A DNA stretch of 64,000 nucleotides. Origin: a virus. Position numbers and translations under genes: made by a program. This document shows, piece by piece, positions 55,062-63,781 of this stretch. The first letter of the stretch is position 1, and each line of letters begins with the position of its first letter. The notes under the pieces were generated by a model. That model worked only from the letters and a program-made list of their open reading frames with translations. It made no database searches and was not told where the DNA came from. The DNA lies in IMG/VR virus record IMGVR_UViG_3300036985_007703, positions 32,001-96,000 of that record, one strand, 5' to 3'.

Positions 55062-56103
55062 TGAACACCTTGATCGTCCCGTCGCCACCCCACAGGAAGT
55101 CACCGTACGCAAACCACCCCAAGTCGAGCGTCGGCGATGGCAGGTAGTAGAACGCGGTGATCACGCTCTGCGAGTTGCCCCCCGCGCGCCACCGGAACTG
55201 ATAGGGGTGGAAGTAGATGTCGTACAGCTGCCCCACGATCCCCTTGATCGTCGCGTGTAGCGAGTATGGGCAGACCGGCTCCAACAAAACCTTCCCCGTG
55301 TAATCCGCACGATCCGCGAAGGCGTTCCGCAACGTAGACAACGCCATGGTCACGGGGATTGCCGCCGTGTGATAGCACCGCCCCACGCACTGCCCAGAAC
55401 TGTAGTACGTCCAATCGGAGGACCCCGGCGTCCGCCCCACTCCATCGCTGGACAGGAAGTTCCACACGGTCCCCGTCGTCGACGTGGGGTACAGGATCAC
55501 GAGGTAGGGCACCGTGAGCCACGGCACGGGGTCGCGCAGCCGCTCGAACATCCACGGCCCGCAGTGCCCCGTAGCCACGCCATCGGGGTTCTGCCACAGC
55601 ACGCGCGTGCACTCCCCATCCGAGGAGATCAGCAGGATCGCGCTGAGCGCCGAGGTCGTCGCGTTGAAGACATCGAGGTTGGTCGTGATCGTCTGCTCGC
55701 TCCCCACCGCCGTGGGGCGCGTCGTCAGCGTGCCGTTGCTGTTGTAGCCCTGGTGCGTGACGTACGTGCACATGTACTGCTTGTTCGTGGCCGTCGCGTT
55801 GATCCACTCGAAGCACACCGAGAAGTCCGGCGCGATGGCCGAGTTCTTGAGCACGATCCACGAGTGGGCGGTCCCCGCCGCCGCGCAGTAGATGTCCGCC
55901 GGCACCTGGAGGTAGTCGGTCAGCAACCCCACGGAGACCCGGTTGCTCGACGCCACCACGCTCCAATGCCCCGTCGCCACCATCGCGTTCTTGACGCCGA
56001 TGAAGGCCATGGCCCACGTGTCACCAATCGTCGGCGCCGTCACCCCGCGATAGGGGCCCAAACTGATCGACTCCCACGTCTTGGCCAAGGTCAGCGCCAT
56101 CAA
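55054..56103 (-). CDS. KTW-family paralog 2
   Basis: LAKTW...WSVVASSN...HSWIVLKN...RPTA. Confidence 0.7.
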   Translation of the reverse strand: MMALTLAKTWESISLGPYRGVTAPTIGDTWAMAFIGVKNAMVATGHWSVVASSNRVSVGLLTDYLQVPADIYCAAAGTAHSWIVLKNSAIAPDFSVCFEWINATATNKQYMCTYVTHQGYNSNGTLTTRPTAVGSEQTITTNLDVFNATTSALSAILLISSDGECTRVLWQNPDGVATGHCGPWMFERLRDPVPWLTVPYLVILYPTSTTGTVWNFLSSDGVGRTPGSSDWTYYSSGQCVGRCYHTAAIPVTMALSTLRNAFADRADYTGKVLLEPVCPYSLHATIKGIVGQLYDIYFHPYQFRWRAGGNSQSVITAFYYLPSPTLDLGWFAYGDFLWGGDGTIKVFNG

Positions 56104-57119
56104 AACACCTCAACGATCGCGTCCGGGCACCCCGTCGCCATGCTGCCCAACTTGATGAGCCCCCGCGCGTTCCCCACGGTCGGATACCGCATGCAGTTGA
56201 TGTGGTGGAGCGGCGCTGCAAACAGGTCGGCGGCCCGCCCTAAGATCCCCACGGCCTGCCCGCTCTCCCCCAGGAAAAACATGGGATAAAAGTCAACCGA
56301 CCCGTTAGTCGCGGCCCCCGCGTGGCGCACCGTGCGGCAGAACCACCGCGCCGACAGGTTCCCGCGCCCCATGTTGGTGCTGAGGACCATCACGCACGAG
56401 ACTCCCTTCACGATCGCCCGCGCATAGAGGTTGGAATCGCTCACCGTCTGATAGGACCATCCCCCCAGTGACCCCGACTGCGCCTGGTAGACGCAGAGGA
56501 CAAAGGGGTTCGTCCACGCGTCATCCGGGTTCAATGGCCGCTCGATCATGATCACTGCGCCCCCGTAGGCGCTGTACGACCCAAAATTGTCCCCGCAGTA
56601 TCCATTCATCGTCGTGAACAGCCGGAAGCACTGGGCATCCGCCGAATAGAGCAGCGTGGTCCCGTAACTGTACTGCTGGGGATCGAAGAACACCTTGTCC
56701 GCCAGCAGCGCCTCGACCCCCGCCGCCGTGGGCCGCACCTGGTAGGTGCCGTCCGTGTTGTACCCGCTGGGGCAGGCCCCGAAGTTCGCGTTGCCCTTGT
56801 TCGTGTTGTTCGTCGCGGGGCCATAATCCAAGAGGATCTGAAACCCCGCCAGGAATCCCACGTTGCTGAGCACCGCCCACGCGTGCGCCACGCCGGCGAG
56901 GCCGTACAGCAGGTCCGCGCGGGTCGCCCAGTGGTCCCCGCTGCCCGTGCCGCCGGGCGTCCCATTGCTGCTCTGCTCGACGACCCACCCGGCCCCCACG
57001 AGGAGGTTCTTGTAGGCCAGCATCGTAGACGCCGTGCGCATCTGGACCGTGGTGTCGGTGAAGTAGTCAATCGGCGTCGCCGCCGTGAGCCAGGTCTTCT
57101 TGAGCGTGATCTGGGGCAC
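56100..57119 (-). CDS. KTW-family paralog 1
   Basis: LKKTW...GWVVEQSSNG...HAWAVLSN...RPTA. Confidence 0.7.
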   Translation of the reverse strand: MPQITLKKTWLTAATPIDYFTDTTVQMRTASTMLAYKNLLVGAGWVVEQSSNGTPGGTGSGDHWATRADLLYGLAGVAHAWAVLSNVGFLAGFQILLDYGPATNNTNKGNANFGACPSGYNTDGTYQVRPTAAGVEALLADKVFFDPQQYSYGTTLLYSADAQCFRLFTTMNGYCGDNFGSYSAYGGAVIMIERPLNPDDAWTNPFVLCVYQAQSGSLGGWSYQTVSDSNLYARAIVKGVSCVMVLSTNMGRGNLSARWFCRTVRHAGAATNGSVDFYPMFFLGESGQAVGILGRAADLFAAPLHHINCMRYPTVGNARGLIKLGSMATGCPDAIVEVF

Positions 57120-57129
57120 CGCCTACCTC

Positions 57130-58644
57130 CTACTTGTTGTAGACCGCCCAGCCGATCGAGAGGCCCGCCTGCCCCGTCACGGTCACGCGCATGGTGTCAT
57201 CCCCATCGTTGATCGCCAGCGCGATGTCCCAGTCCGCCGTGCCCCCACTGGCGTCCGTCTGATCGACCACGGTGTAGGTCGGCGTCACGCGCACCCACGA
57301 GGAGACCCCCGCGAGGGTCCGCGTCGCCACCGCCCGGATCTCCCAGACCTTCGTCTTGTCGGTGATCGCCTCGCGGGCCACCGCCGTCAGCGCGAACGAG
57401 GTCACCGAGTTGCCGGTCAGCGCGTACCGCGTCGTGGGCACCCCTCCGAGGAAGATCTCCGTCGGCGTGTTGCTCCCCGTGACGCCCGACCAGCAGAGGG
57501 ACCCCGCGCCGATGTACGCCTTGTTGATCGCGTCGATGAGCGAGCTGCACGCGAAGATGAAGTCCAGGACCCCCGTGTTCGTCATGGGCAAGTTGGTCAC
57601 CGGCCCAAACCCGCCCGTGTAGCGCCCATCCTCAAGCGTCAACTCGCCGTCGGCCTTGAGGGCCATCGCCCCGCCCGCCGTGAGGTCCAGCGTGGTCCCC
57701 GCTGCCACCGCGAGCGCGGCATCCGAGTAGACGTCCCGCGTGCCCGTGCCCCCCAGTTGGAGCGCGTGCCCCGTCGCATCGTCGTTCGTGACCTTGACGG
57801 GCTCCCCACCATCGGGGATCACGATCTCGTGGCCCAGGTCATAGGCCTCCTGCAGCGAGCCCCCGCCCCGCTGGAGCTTCCAGCGCCAATGCAGCAAGTC
57901 GGGGTCGTTCAGGAAGACCGCGTCTAGCAGGTCCGCCCGCACATAGGCCGCCCAGCCCTCCACCGCGTGCTCGTGCTCCCATGCGGTGCCCGTCCACTCC
58001 ACGATGTCGTTGACCAGGGCCTCGGCCCCCCACCCCGCATGCACGGGGGCCGCCGCGTAATCGAGGATGTACCGATCCCCCACCGTCGGGCCCACCGGCG
58101 GCGCCGCCGTGGGGTCCACGATCGCCAGCACGCCGGGGCGCCGCACGCTGACCTCGCCCCCGCCCCCGCCCGCGAAGGCGAAGAGCTGGCGCGTCTCCCC
58201 CGGCGCGAGGACGCTCGCGTTCCACCACGCGATACTGTAGTCGTCGAGGACGCAGCCCAACACGCGATAGTCGGGGTTGACCGGCACGCCGTTCTGCCAC
58301 AGCTCCAGGGCCGTCTCCGCACTCGCCTTGGCCCCGCTCGTCACGCGGGCCACCACCATCCACGCCGGCGTCAGCGCCAGGGGCGTCGCGTGCGCGATCG
58401 TCAGGTAGCTCTGGAAGGTGCGGCTCGCCACCACGCAGGGGCCCAGCAGGCGCAGCTGATAGCCACCCCCCGCGGCCTCGATCGTCGCCTCCGGCAGGGC
58501 CACGAAGGCCCAGGCGTTGCCCTCCATGACCCCCAGGAAGGTCGTGTCGATGCTCAGCGCGAAGTCCTGGAAGGTCTCCCACCAGCTCTGCGCCGTGTCC
58601 GTGGGGTAGGGCAGCTTGAACCGTGGGGTCTCCTGGCGTGACAT
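57130..58644 (-). CDS. TPRF-family tail protein 1 with DUF2793-like domain
   Basis: MSRQETPRFKLPYP; PTAAPP..PTVGDRYI...GW....NDIVEW.G.AW.....EGW is a DUF2793-like signature. Confidence 0.75.
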   Translation of the reverse strand: MSRQETPRFKLPYPTDTAQSWWETFQDFALSIDTTFLGVMEGNAWAFVALPEATIEAAGGGYQLRLLGPCVVASRTFQSYLTIAHATPLALTPAWMVVARVTSGAKASAETALELWQNGVPVNPDYRVLGCVLDDYSIAWWNASVLAPGETRQLFAFAGGGGGEVSVRRPGVLAIVDPTAAPPVGPTVGDRYILDYAAAPVHAGWGAEALVNDIVEWTGTAWEHEHAVEGWAAYVRADLLDAVFLNDPDLLHWRWKLQRGGGSLQEAYDLGHEIVIPDGGEPVKVTNDDATGHALQLGGTGTRDVYSDAALAVAAGTTLDLTAGGAMALKADGELTLEDGRYTGGFGPVTNLPMTNTGVLDFIFACSSLIDAINKAYIGAGSLCWSGVTGSNTPTEIFLGGVPTTRYALTGNSVTSFALTAVAREAITDKTKVWEIRAVATRTLAGVSSWVRVTPTYTVVDQTDASGGTADWDIALAINDGDDTMRVTVTGQAGLSIGWAVYNK

Positions 58645-60771
58645 TTACTTGATCTCGCTGAGCGCGAGCGTCCCGCGCTTGATGATGTAGCTCGCCGGGG
58701 TCATCACGTTGCCGTCCACGTCCACGAAGCCCTCGTGGCCCGGCGCCGCCAGCGTCACGTTCGCGTAATCCATGCCCTTCGTCGCCGCCTTGATGATGTC
58801 ATGCACGGTCTGCTTGTAGAGGGGCTGGTTGAAGTCGCGCCCCCGCAAGACCTCCAGCAGCGCCTGCTCGATGTCCGCGAGCACCTCGGCCGCCACGTAG
58901 CTCGGCAGCACCTTGACCGCCACCGCCACGTCCACCGGCACGAGCATCGCGCTGCCGTCCGTCACCTGCACGAGCTGCGTGACCTCCTTGATCCCGTCGA
59001 TGTAGGCCTGCATCCCGTAGATGAGGCCCGCCGCCGGCGCCACGTAGTCCCCGTCCCCGTTCACGCTCACGATGGGGACCTGCACGTAGTTCGCCTTGCA
59101 GTCCGCATCGAACAGCGTCGAGAGGTGCGCTTGGAGGTCGACGAGCACCGCGAGGATGTCCGCCTGGAGCTGCGCCGCGCTCCCCGGCAGGGGCGCGATG
59201 GCCTCGGCCGCGTTGCCCACCGCCGTCACGGCCGTGCCCGCGAGGCCCAGCAGCGTGGTCAGGTACTGCGCCATCGTGACCTGGCCCTCGCCCGTCGGCG
59301 TGAGCAGCTGCTGCATGGCGAACCCATAACCGTCGAGCTTGGTCGCCGCCGCCCCGCCGTTGCTGAGGCTCGTGCTGATCGTGCCCCCCTGCGCCGCCAG
59401 CGTCCGCGAGTAGTTCGCCAGCGTCGTGTCGCTGGGGTAGGTGGCCTTGATGTAGTTGTCGAGGTCCGTCAGCGTCGTGCCCATCGCCTTATAGGCCGCG
59501 TCCCCCGTCGTCATCTCCACCTGGAGCTGCTGCGCCACCGCCCGCACGTTGGCCGCCTGGACCTCCAGGGCGCTCTTCAAGAACCCCATCTCGGCGAGAA
59601 GCCCCTGCATCTCCGCAAGGATGCCCTGCGCCGTGGCGATGTCCGCCGCCGCCGCCGCCTCGGCCGGCCCCACGAGCAGCAGGTAGTTCGCCAGGTAGCC
59701 ATCGATCTGCTCGCACTCCCCGACCAGGATCGCGTCCTCCTCGGAGGCCCGCACGTTGATCGCGTAGCCCTTCGCCACGCGCCCGTAGAGGGGGTCGCTG
59801 AACCCGTTGACCTGCGCCTGGTAGTCGGTCTGCGTGATGGCCGCCCCGCGCGCCGCAAAGGCGTAGGGGGCCAGCTTGCGGGCCTCATCCGGGGTCTCGG
59901 GGTCCGCCCCGCCGCTCGCCCCCAGCGGGTTCGTGCAGGCGATCTTGATGGCCGCCCCGCCGACGCTCAGCACGTCGGTCGCGCTCGCCACGGTGCCCGC
60001 CGCGGCCCGCCCCGTGGCCCCGTGGATCAGCGTGTACTGGATCTTCACATCCGACCCGGCCTCGGGGATGTTCCCCGCCACGCCATCCCCGCACGCCACG
60101 GCCGGGGGGTCGTAGAGGTAGTCCACCTCGTACTGGTTCGTCTGCGCAAAATCGAGGAAGTCGTTCTCGGCCCACTCCGCGCCGTCGATCCACACGCGCA
60201 CGCTCCCCTGCGCGACCCAGATCCCGTTCGCGGGGTCCCCGCCCTGCATGCGGAAGCGCTGGTTCTGCGCCCCGTCCCCCGTGTAGCCCACGGTCCGCGT
60301 GGTGCCCTCGCGGCACGCCACGGTGATCGTCGCGGTGCCCGGCGCGAGGAAGGTCGGCGCCACGGTCTCGAAGACCAGCCCCGAGGGCCCCGCGAAGCGG
60401 AACCCCGCCTGGAGCTGCGCGGGCGCCGGGATCGCCGGGGTGAACGTCAGGTCGAGGTCGACCGTCGCCGCTGCCGCGGGCCGCATCTTGTAGCCGACCT
60501 GCTTGACCAGCTTGGCCACCGCGGAGTGCGTGCGCGCCGTGTCGAGGTAGCAGTCGCTCGCCACGCGGTCCATGTACCAGCAGAGCTGCCCCACCGCGTT
60601 CGCCACGAGGTCGATGAGCATGATGCCCACGCTCGTCGAGGCGTAGTCGTTGTAGACGCTCACGTATTCGACCTTGAGCCGCCGCAGCAGGCTGTCGAAG
60701 ATCGAGGCGTAGTCCTTCGCCGCAAACTTTACGGCATTCAGAGGCTTGCGGTCCGCTACGGGGACTCCCAT
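58645..60771 (-). CDS. Baseplate J / T4 gp6-like wedge protein
   Basis: DYASI...LIDLVA...YLDTA...GYKMRPAAAA...GDGVAGNIP...TNPLGASGGADPET...AITQTDY. Confidence 0.9.
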   Translation of the reverse strand: MGVPVADRKPLNAVKFAAKDYASIFDSLLRRLKVEYVSVYNDYASTSVGIMLIDLVANAVGQLCWYMDRVASDCYLDTARTHSAVAKLVKQVGYKMRPAAAATVDLDLTFTPAIPAPAQLQAGFRFAGPSGLVFETVAPTFLAPGTATITVACREGTTRTVGYTGDGAQNQRFRMQGGDPANGIWVAQGSVRVWIDGAEWAENDFLDFAQTNQYEVDYLYDPPAVACGDGVAGNIPEAGSDVKIQYTLIHGATGRAAAGTVASATDVLSVGGAAIKIACTNPLGASGGADPETPDEARKLAPYAFAARGAAITQTDYQAQVNGFSDPLYGRVAKGYAINVRASEEDAILVGECEQIDGYLANYLLLVGPAEAAAAADIATAQGILAEMQGLLAEMGFLKSALEVQAANVRAVAQQLQVEMTTGDAAYKAMGTTLTDLDNYIKATYPSDTTLANYSRTLAAQGGTISTSLSNGGAAATKLDGYGFAMQQLLTPTGEGQVTMAQYLTTLLGLAGTAVTAVGNAAEAIAPLPGSAAQLQADILAVLVDLQAHLSTLFDADCKANYVQVPIVSVNGDGDYVAPAAGLIYGMQAYIDGIKEVTQLVQVTDGSAMLVPVDVAVAVKVLPSYVAAEVLADIEQALLEVLRGRDFNQPLYKQTVHDIIKAATKGMDYANVTLAAPGHEGFVDVDGNVMTPASYIIKRGTLALSEIK

Positions 60772-60785
60772 CGCTCAGCTCCTTC

Positions 60786-61202
60786 TCACAGCCCGGTCGG
60801 GGCGCCCTGGATCGGCACCTGCTGCTGGTACACCTGGTTGTTGATCCGGTACACCACGTCGAGCACGATCGCCGTGTCCTCCAGGCCCACGTCCTTGCCT
60901 GTCCGCGCCTCGACTGACAATACCTCAGCGCGGGGCTCGAACAAAGCGATGGCCCGCGCCGTCACGGCCCCCACGCGCGCCTGCGTGAGCGGATCGAGGT
61001 TGTCAAAGACGAACGCCTGCACGCTCGTCCCGAGGGCCCCGCGCATCACGCGCTCCCCCACGCTCGTCGTCATGAGCGCCTTGATCGAGTTGAAGACCAC
61101 GGCGTCCAGCCCCTGCACCATCATCGGGAAGGCCTGGCTCCCCACCCGGAAGGGGTACGCGATGCTCCGCAGCACCATCGGCGTCGTCGTCGGCACCGGC
61201 AT
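60786..61202 (-). CDS. Baseplate wedge gp25 (GPW/gp25 family)
   Basis: IAYPF...SIKALMTTSVGERVMR..LGT...FEPRA. Confidence 0.92.
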   Translation of the reverse strand: MPVPTTTPMVLRSIAYPFRVGSQAFPMMVQGLDAVVFNSIKALMTTSVGERVMRGALGTSVQAFVFDNLDPLTQARVGAVTARAIALFEPRAEVLSVEARTGKDVGLEDTAIVLDVVYRINNQVYQQQVPIQGAPTGL

Positions 61203-61360
61203 CAGACGGCCGCCTCGTCGGGGTCATCCAGGGGGCACGCCGGCAGCTTGGGCAGCTCCGGGATCTTGGGCAGCGCCGGGAGGTCGAAGGGGAGCCCCGG
61301 CATCGGGATCGCCAGCGCCGGCAGCGCCGGCAGGGGCGGGATCTTGCACTTGGTCGCCAT
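61202..61360 (-). CDS. 52-aa proline-rich peptide (not in ORF track)
   Basis: GAGGAGG RBS; MATKCKIPPLPALPALAIPMPGLPFDLPALPKIPELPKLPACPLDDPDEAAV; TGATG coupling to gp25. Confidence 0.7.
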   Translation of the reverse strand: MATKCKIPPLPALPALAIPMPGLPFDLPALPKIPELPKLPACPLDDPDEAAV

Positions 61361-61372
61361 CGTCGTCCTCCT

Positions 61373-61390
61373 CGCGCATGCGCATACGCA
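61373..61390. promoter_or_regulatory. 18-bp near-palindrome, copy 9
   Basis: CGCGCATGCGCATACGCA between stop and RBS. Confidence 0.65.
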
Positions 61391-61396
61391 GCGCCG

Positions 61397-62365
61397 TCAC
61401 CCGATCGATACCACCTCGGACAGCTCCTTGTAGAGCATCGGCGGGGGGGTCGGCCCCGGCGTGCTGGGGGCCCCCGGCGCCGCGCACATGTGCTGGTGGA
61501 TCATCGACCACGCCAGGAACTTCATGCCCCGCACCGCGGGCTCGAACACCGGCCCAGCCCCGAGGCAGACCTTGCCCGCGTTCAGCCACGCCTTGCCCCC
61601 CGCCATCACCGTGGCATCCCCCGGCGCGCTCAGCGTCGCGGCCTTCCCGTCGAGCGCCAGCATGGCCCCGCTCTGGTTCGCCAGCGTGATCTTGTCCTTG
61701 CCCAGCGTGAGCCACGCGAGCACCTGGTTGGTGTCGGGGTCCACGTTCATGATCGTGACGCTCGCGTTCTTCGCGTCGATCGCGAGGTGCGTGCCGCTCT
61801 CCGCCATGAGGAGGATCCCGCCGTCCTTGTCCAGCGTGATCACGCTCCCGCTCTCCACCCCGCTGCCGTCGCCCTTGGCCAGCGTGATGTGCAGGTCCTC
61901 GGGCTTGTCGCCGAACCGCAGGTAGTGTCCCGCCGGCGTCTTGAACCCCTTGCGGAAGGCCTCCCCGCTCGCCGTCAGGGCCGTCCCCGCGGCGTCCTTG
62001 GGCAGCCACCCCCCGAGGTACACGGGCACCGTCTGGTCCCCGTGCTCGAACATCACCCACACGGCGTCCCCCACCTCGGGCGGCACGAAGAGGCCGTGCA
62101 TCTGCCCCGCCGCCCCCTTCGCGAGCCCCGGCCAGCAGGGGAGCGCCCAGTAGCCCTTCGGCACCTCGGCCTCCGTCGCCATGCCCAACGCCGGCACCTG
62201 GATGCGGCAGCGCCCCCGCTTCTCCTCGTCCTTGTTGTCGACGACGAGCCCCGTATAGAGCCCGTAGTAGCGGTTCGCGTGGTTCTCCAGGCCGTCCGCG
62301 TGGATCGCGTCCATCACGTAGCCCGCGGGGTCGTTCTTGCGGCGGCTGTCGGAGAGGTCGAACAT
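61397..62365 (-). CDS. Baseplate central spike (gp5 OB-fold / gpV / VgrG C-terminal-like)
   Basis: YYGLYTGLVVDNKD...GRCRIQVP...VPPEVGDAVWVMFEHGD...PVYLG; KTPAGH; C-terminal HQH metal motif. Confidence 0.9.
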   Translation of the reverse strand: MFDLSDSRRKNDPAGYVMDAIHADGLENHANRYYGLYTGLVVDNKDEEKRGRCRIQVPALGMATEAEVPKGYWALPCWPGLAKGAAGQMHGLFVPPEVGDAVWVMFEHGDQTVPVYLGGWLPKDAAGTALTASGEAFRKGFKTPAGHYLRFGDKPEDLHITLAKGDGSGVESGSVITLDKDGGILLMAESGTHLAIDAKNASVTIMNVDPDTNQVLAWLTLGKDKITLANQSGAMLALDGKAATLSAPGDATVMAGGKAWLNAGKVCLGAGPVFEPAVRGMKFLAWSMIHQHMCAAPGAPSTPGPTPPPMLYKELSEVVSIG

Positions 62366-62368
62366 CGT

Positions 62369-63781
62369 TCAGGCCTCCTTCATGGGCTGCGCCTGGGTCT
62401 GCGTCTGCGCCAGGTTGCTCGTCTGCGTGGAGCCCCACTTCACCAGCTCCAGCACCGTCTTCCAATCCCCCGGCGCGTAGTTGTGCGTGAGCTTGTTCAC
62501 CACGTAGGTCGAGTTGATCATCGAGCTGCACCCCGCCACCGCCACCACCGCGGCCGGCTGGATCTTGGGCAGGCCCAGGGTCGTCACCGTGAGCTGGATC
62601 GCCATGCGGTCCGCCGCCCCCACGCCCTGCGCCGCCAGCTCCGAGGCCGCCTTGGCCCCCGCCACGCCGCCCGGCGCCGCCACCGCCCGGTTCGCCGGCA
62701 CGCCCTTCTTGCCACCGGGATCCACCTTGACGTCCGCCTGCAGGTCCCCCCGCTTGTCGTCCTGCGCCTCGGCCGCCACGGCGCTCCCCTTGGGGTCGCC
62801 CGGCCGCTCCCCGTCCTTCGGCCAGTTCCACACCGGCTCCAGGACGAGCCCCGTGTCCTTCTCCAGCATGATCGCCCGCGTCCCCGCCGTGGCCCCCGGC
62901 ACGGGCACCTGGTCCCACTTGCGGCCCTCCGCCCACATCGCCGCCCCCCCGCTGAACGACACGTCCAGGATCGGGTACTGCGCCGGCGTCGCCGTGGGGT
63001 CGAAGAGCCCCCGCAGCACCAGGCTGTACGTCGTGCTCTGCGTCGCGGAGTACCCCTTGGGGTAGTAGAAGATCGCCGGCTTGAAGCTCGACACCGAGGC
63101 AATCGCGTAGCCGAAGTGAAAGTCCAGGTTCGCCAGGCTCAGGATGCGCCGCACCGTGCGCATCAGCGCCATGCTGCCCATCACCGCGTAGGCCGCCCCC
63201 TCCAGGTCCTTGCCCCCCACGCTGATCTGCTTGGACAGCGCATCCAGCTTCGCCGCGCCATCCCCCAGCGGGATCGCCGTGTACCCCATGGCCAGCGCCA
63301 GCCCCTCGAAGATCGCCTTGGCCGAGGTCAGCGCGAGGTCGTCCCCCGGCTTCACGTACTCCATCTGCCGCGCGTCCCGGAAGCTCGCCGTGAGCGACCC
63401 GCTCAGCTTGTCGCTGCTCAGCGCGAGCCCATCCCCGCCCTTGCCCAGGAACCCCGCGTAGTCCTCCGTGACCTCCGTCGCGCTGCCCGCGAGGTAGCCG
63501 ATGCGCGCGCGCACGAGGTTGCCGAAGTCGAACGCGCCCTGCTCCAGCAGGTAGATGCCCTCCTGGTAGGGGGCCTCAATGCCGATCGTGAGCCCGTCGT
63601 GCGTCCCCCCCTTGCTCATGGTCACGCTCACCGAGGTCACGAAGGGGCCGCCCATCACGGCGTCGCTCGACGGGGCGTTCCCCGTGGGCCAGCGCCCCAC
63701 GTCGAAGACCCAGGCCTTGCCCGCCTTGTTGCGGATCTCCACCTGCGCGAAGGGGGCAAAGAAGTCCGCGGTCCCCGCCAT
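62369..63781 (-). CDS. Baseplate hub protein (gpD / gp27-like)
   Basis: Position upstream of the spike; ARIGY...; LTVTTLGLPKIQP..VV.V.G......Y.V.KLTH.....W.T.LEL. Confidence 0.7.
   Translation of the reverse strand: MAGTADFFAPFAQVEIRNKAGKAWVFDVGRWPTGNAPSSDAVMGGPFVTSVSVTMSKGGTHDGLTIGIEAPYQEGIYLLEQGAFDFGNLVRARIGYLAGSATEVTEDYAGFLGKGGDGLALSSDKLSGSLTASFRDARQMEYVKPGDDLALTSAKAIFEGLALAMGYTAIPLGDGAAKLDALSKQISVGGKDLEGAAYAVMGSMALMRTVRRILSLANLDFHFGYAIASVSSFKPAIFYYPKGYSATQSTTYSLVLRGLFDPTATPAQYPILDVSFSGGAAMWAEGRKWDQVPVPGATAGTRAIMLEKDTGLVLEPVWNWPKDGERPGDPKGSAVAAEAQDDKRGDLQADVKVDPGGKKGVPANRAVAAPGGVAGAKAASELAAQGVGAADRMAIQLTVTTLGLPKIQPAAVVAVAGCSSMINSTYVVNKLTHNYAPGDWKTVLELVKWGSTQTSNLAQTQTQAQPMKEA

Noticed and set aside
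48603-57119. Diversity-generating retroelement or invertible shufflon behind the paralog array
   Set aside because: No reverse transcriptase, recombinase, inverted cassettes or adenine-specific TR/VR pair seen; all copies are co-oriented full genes.
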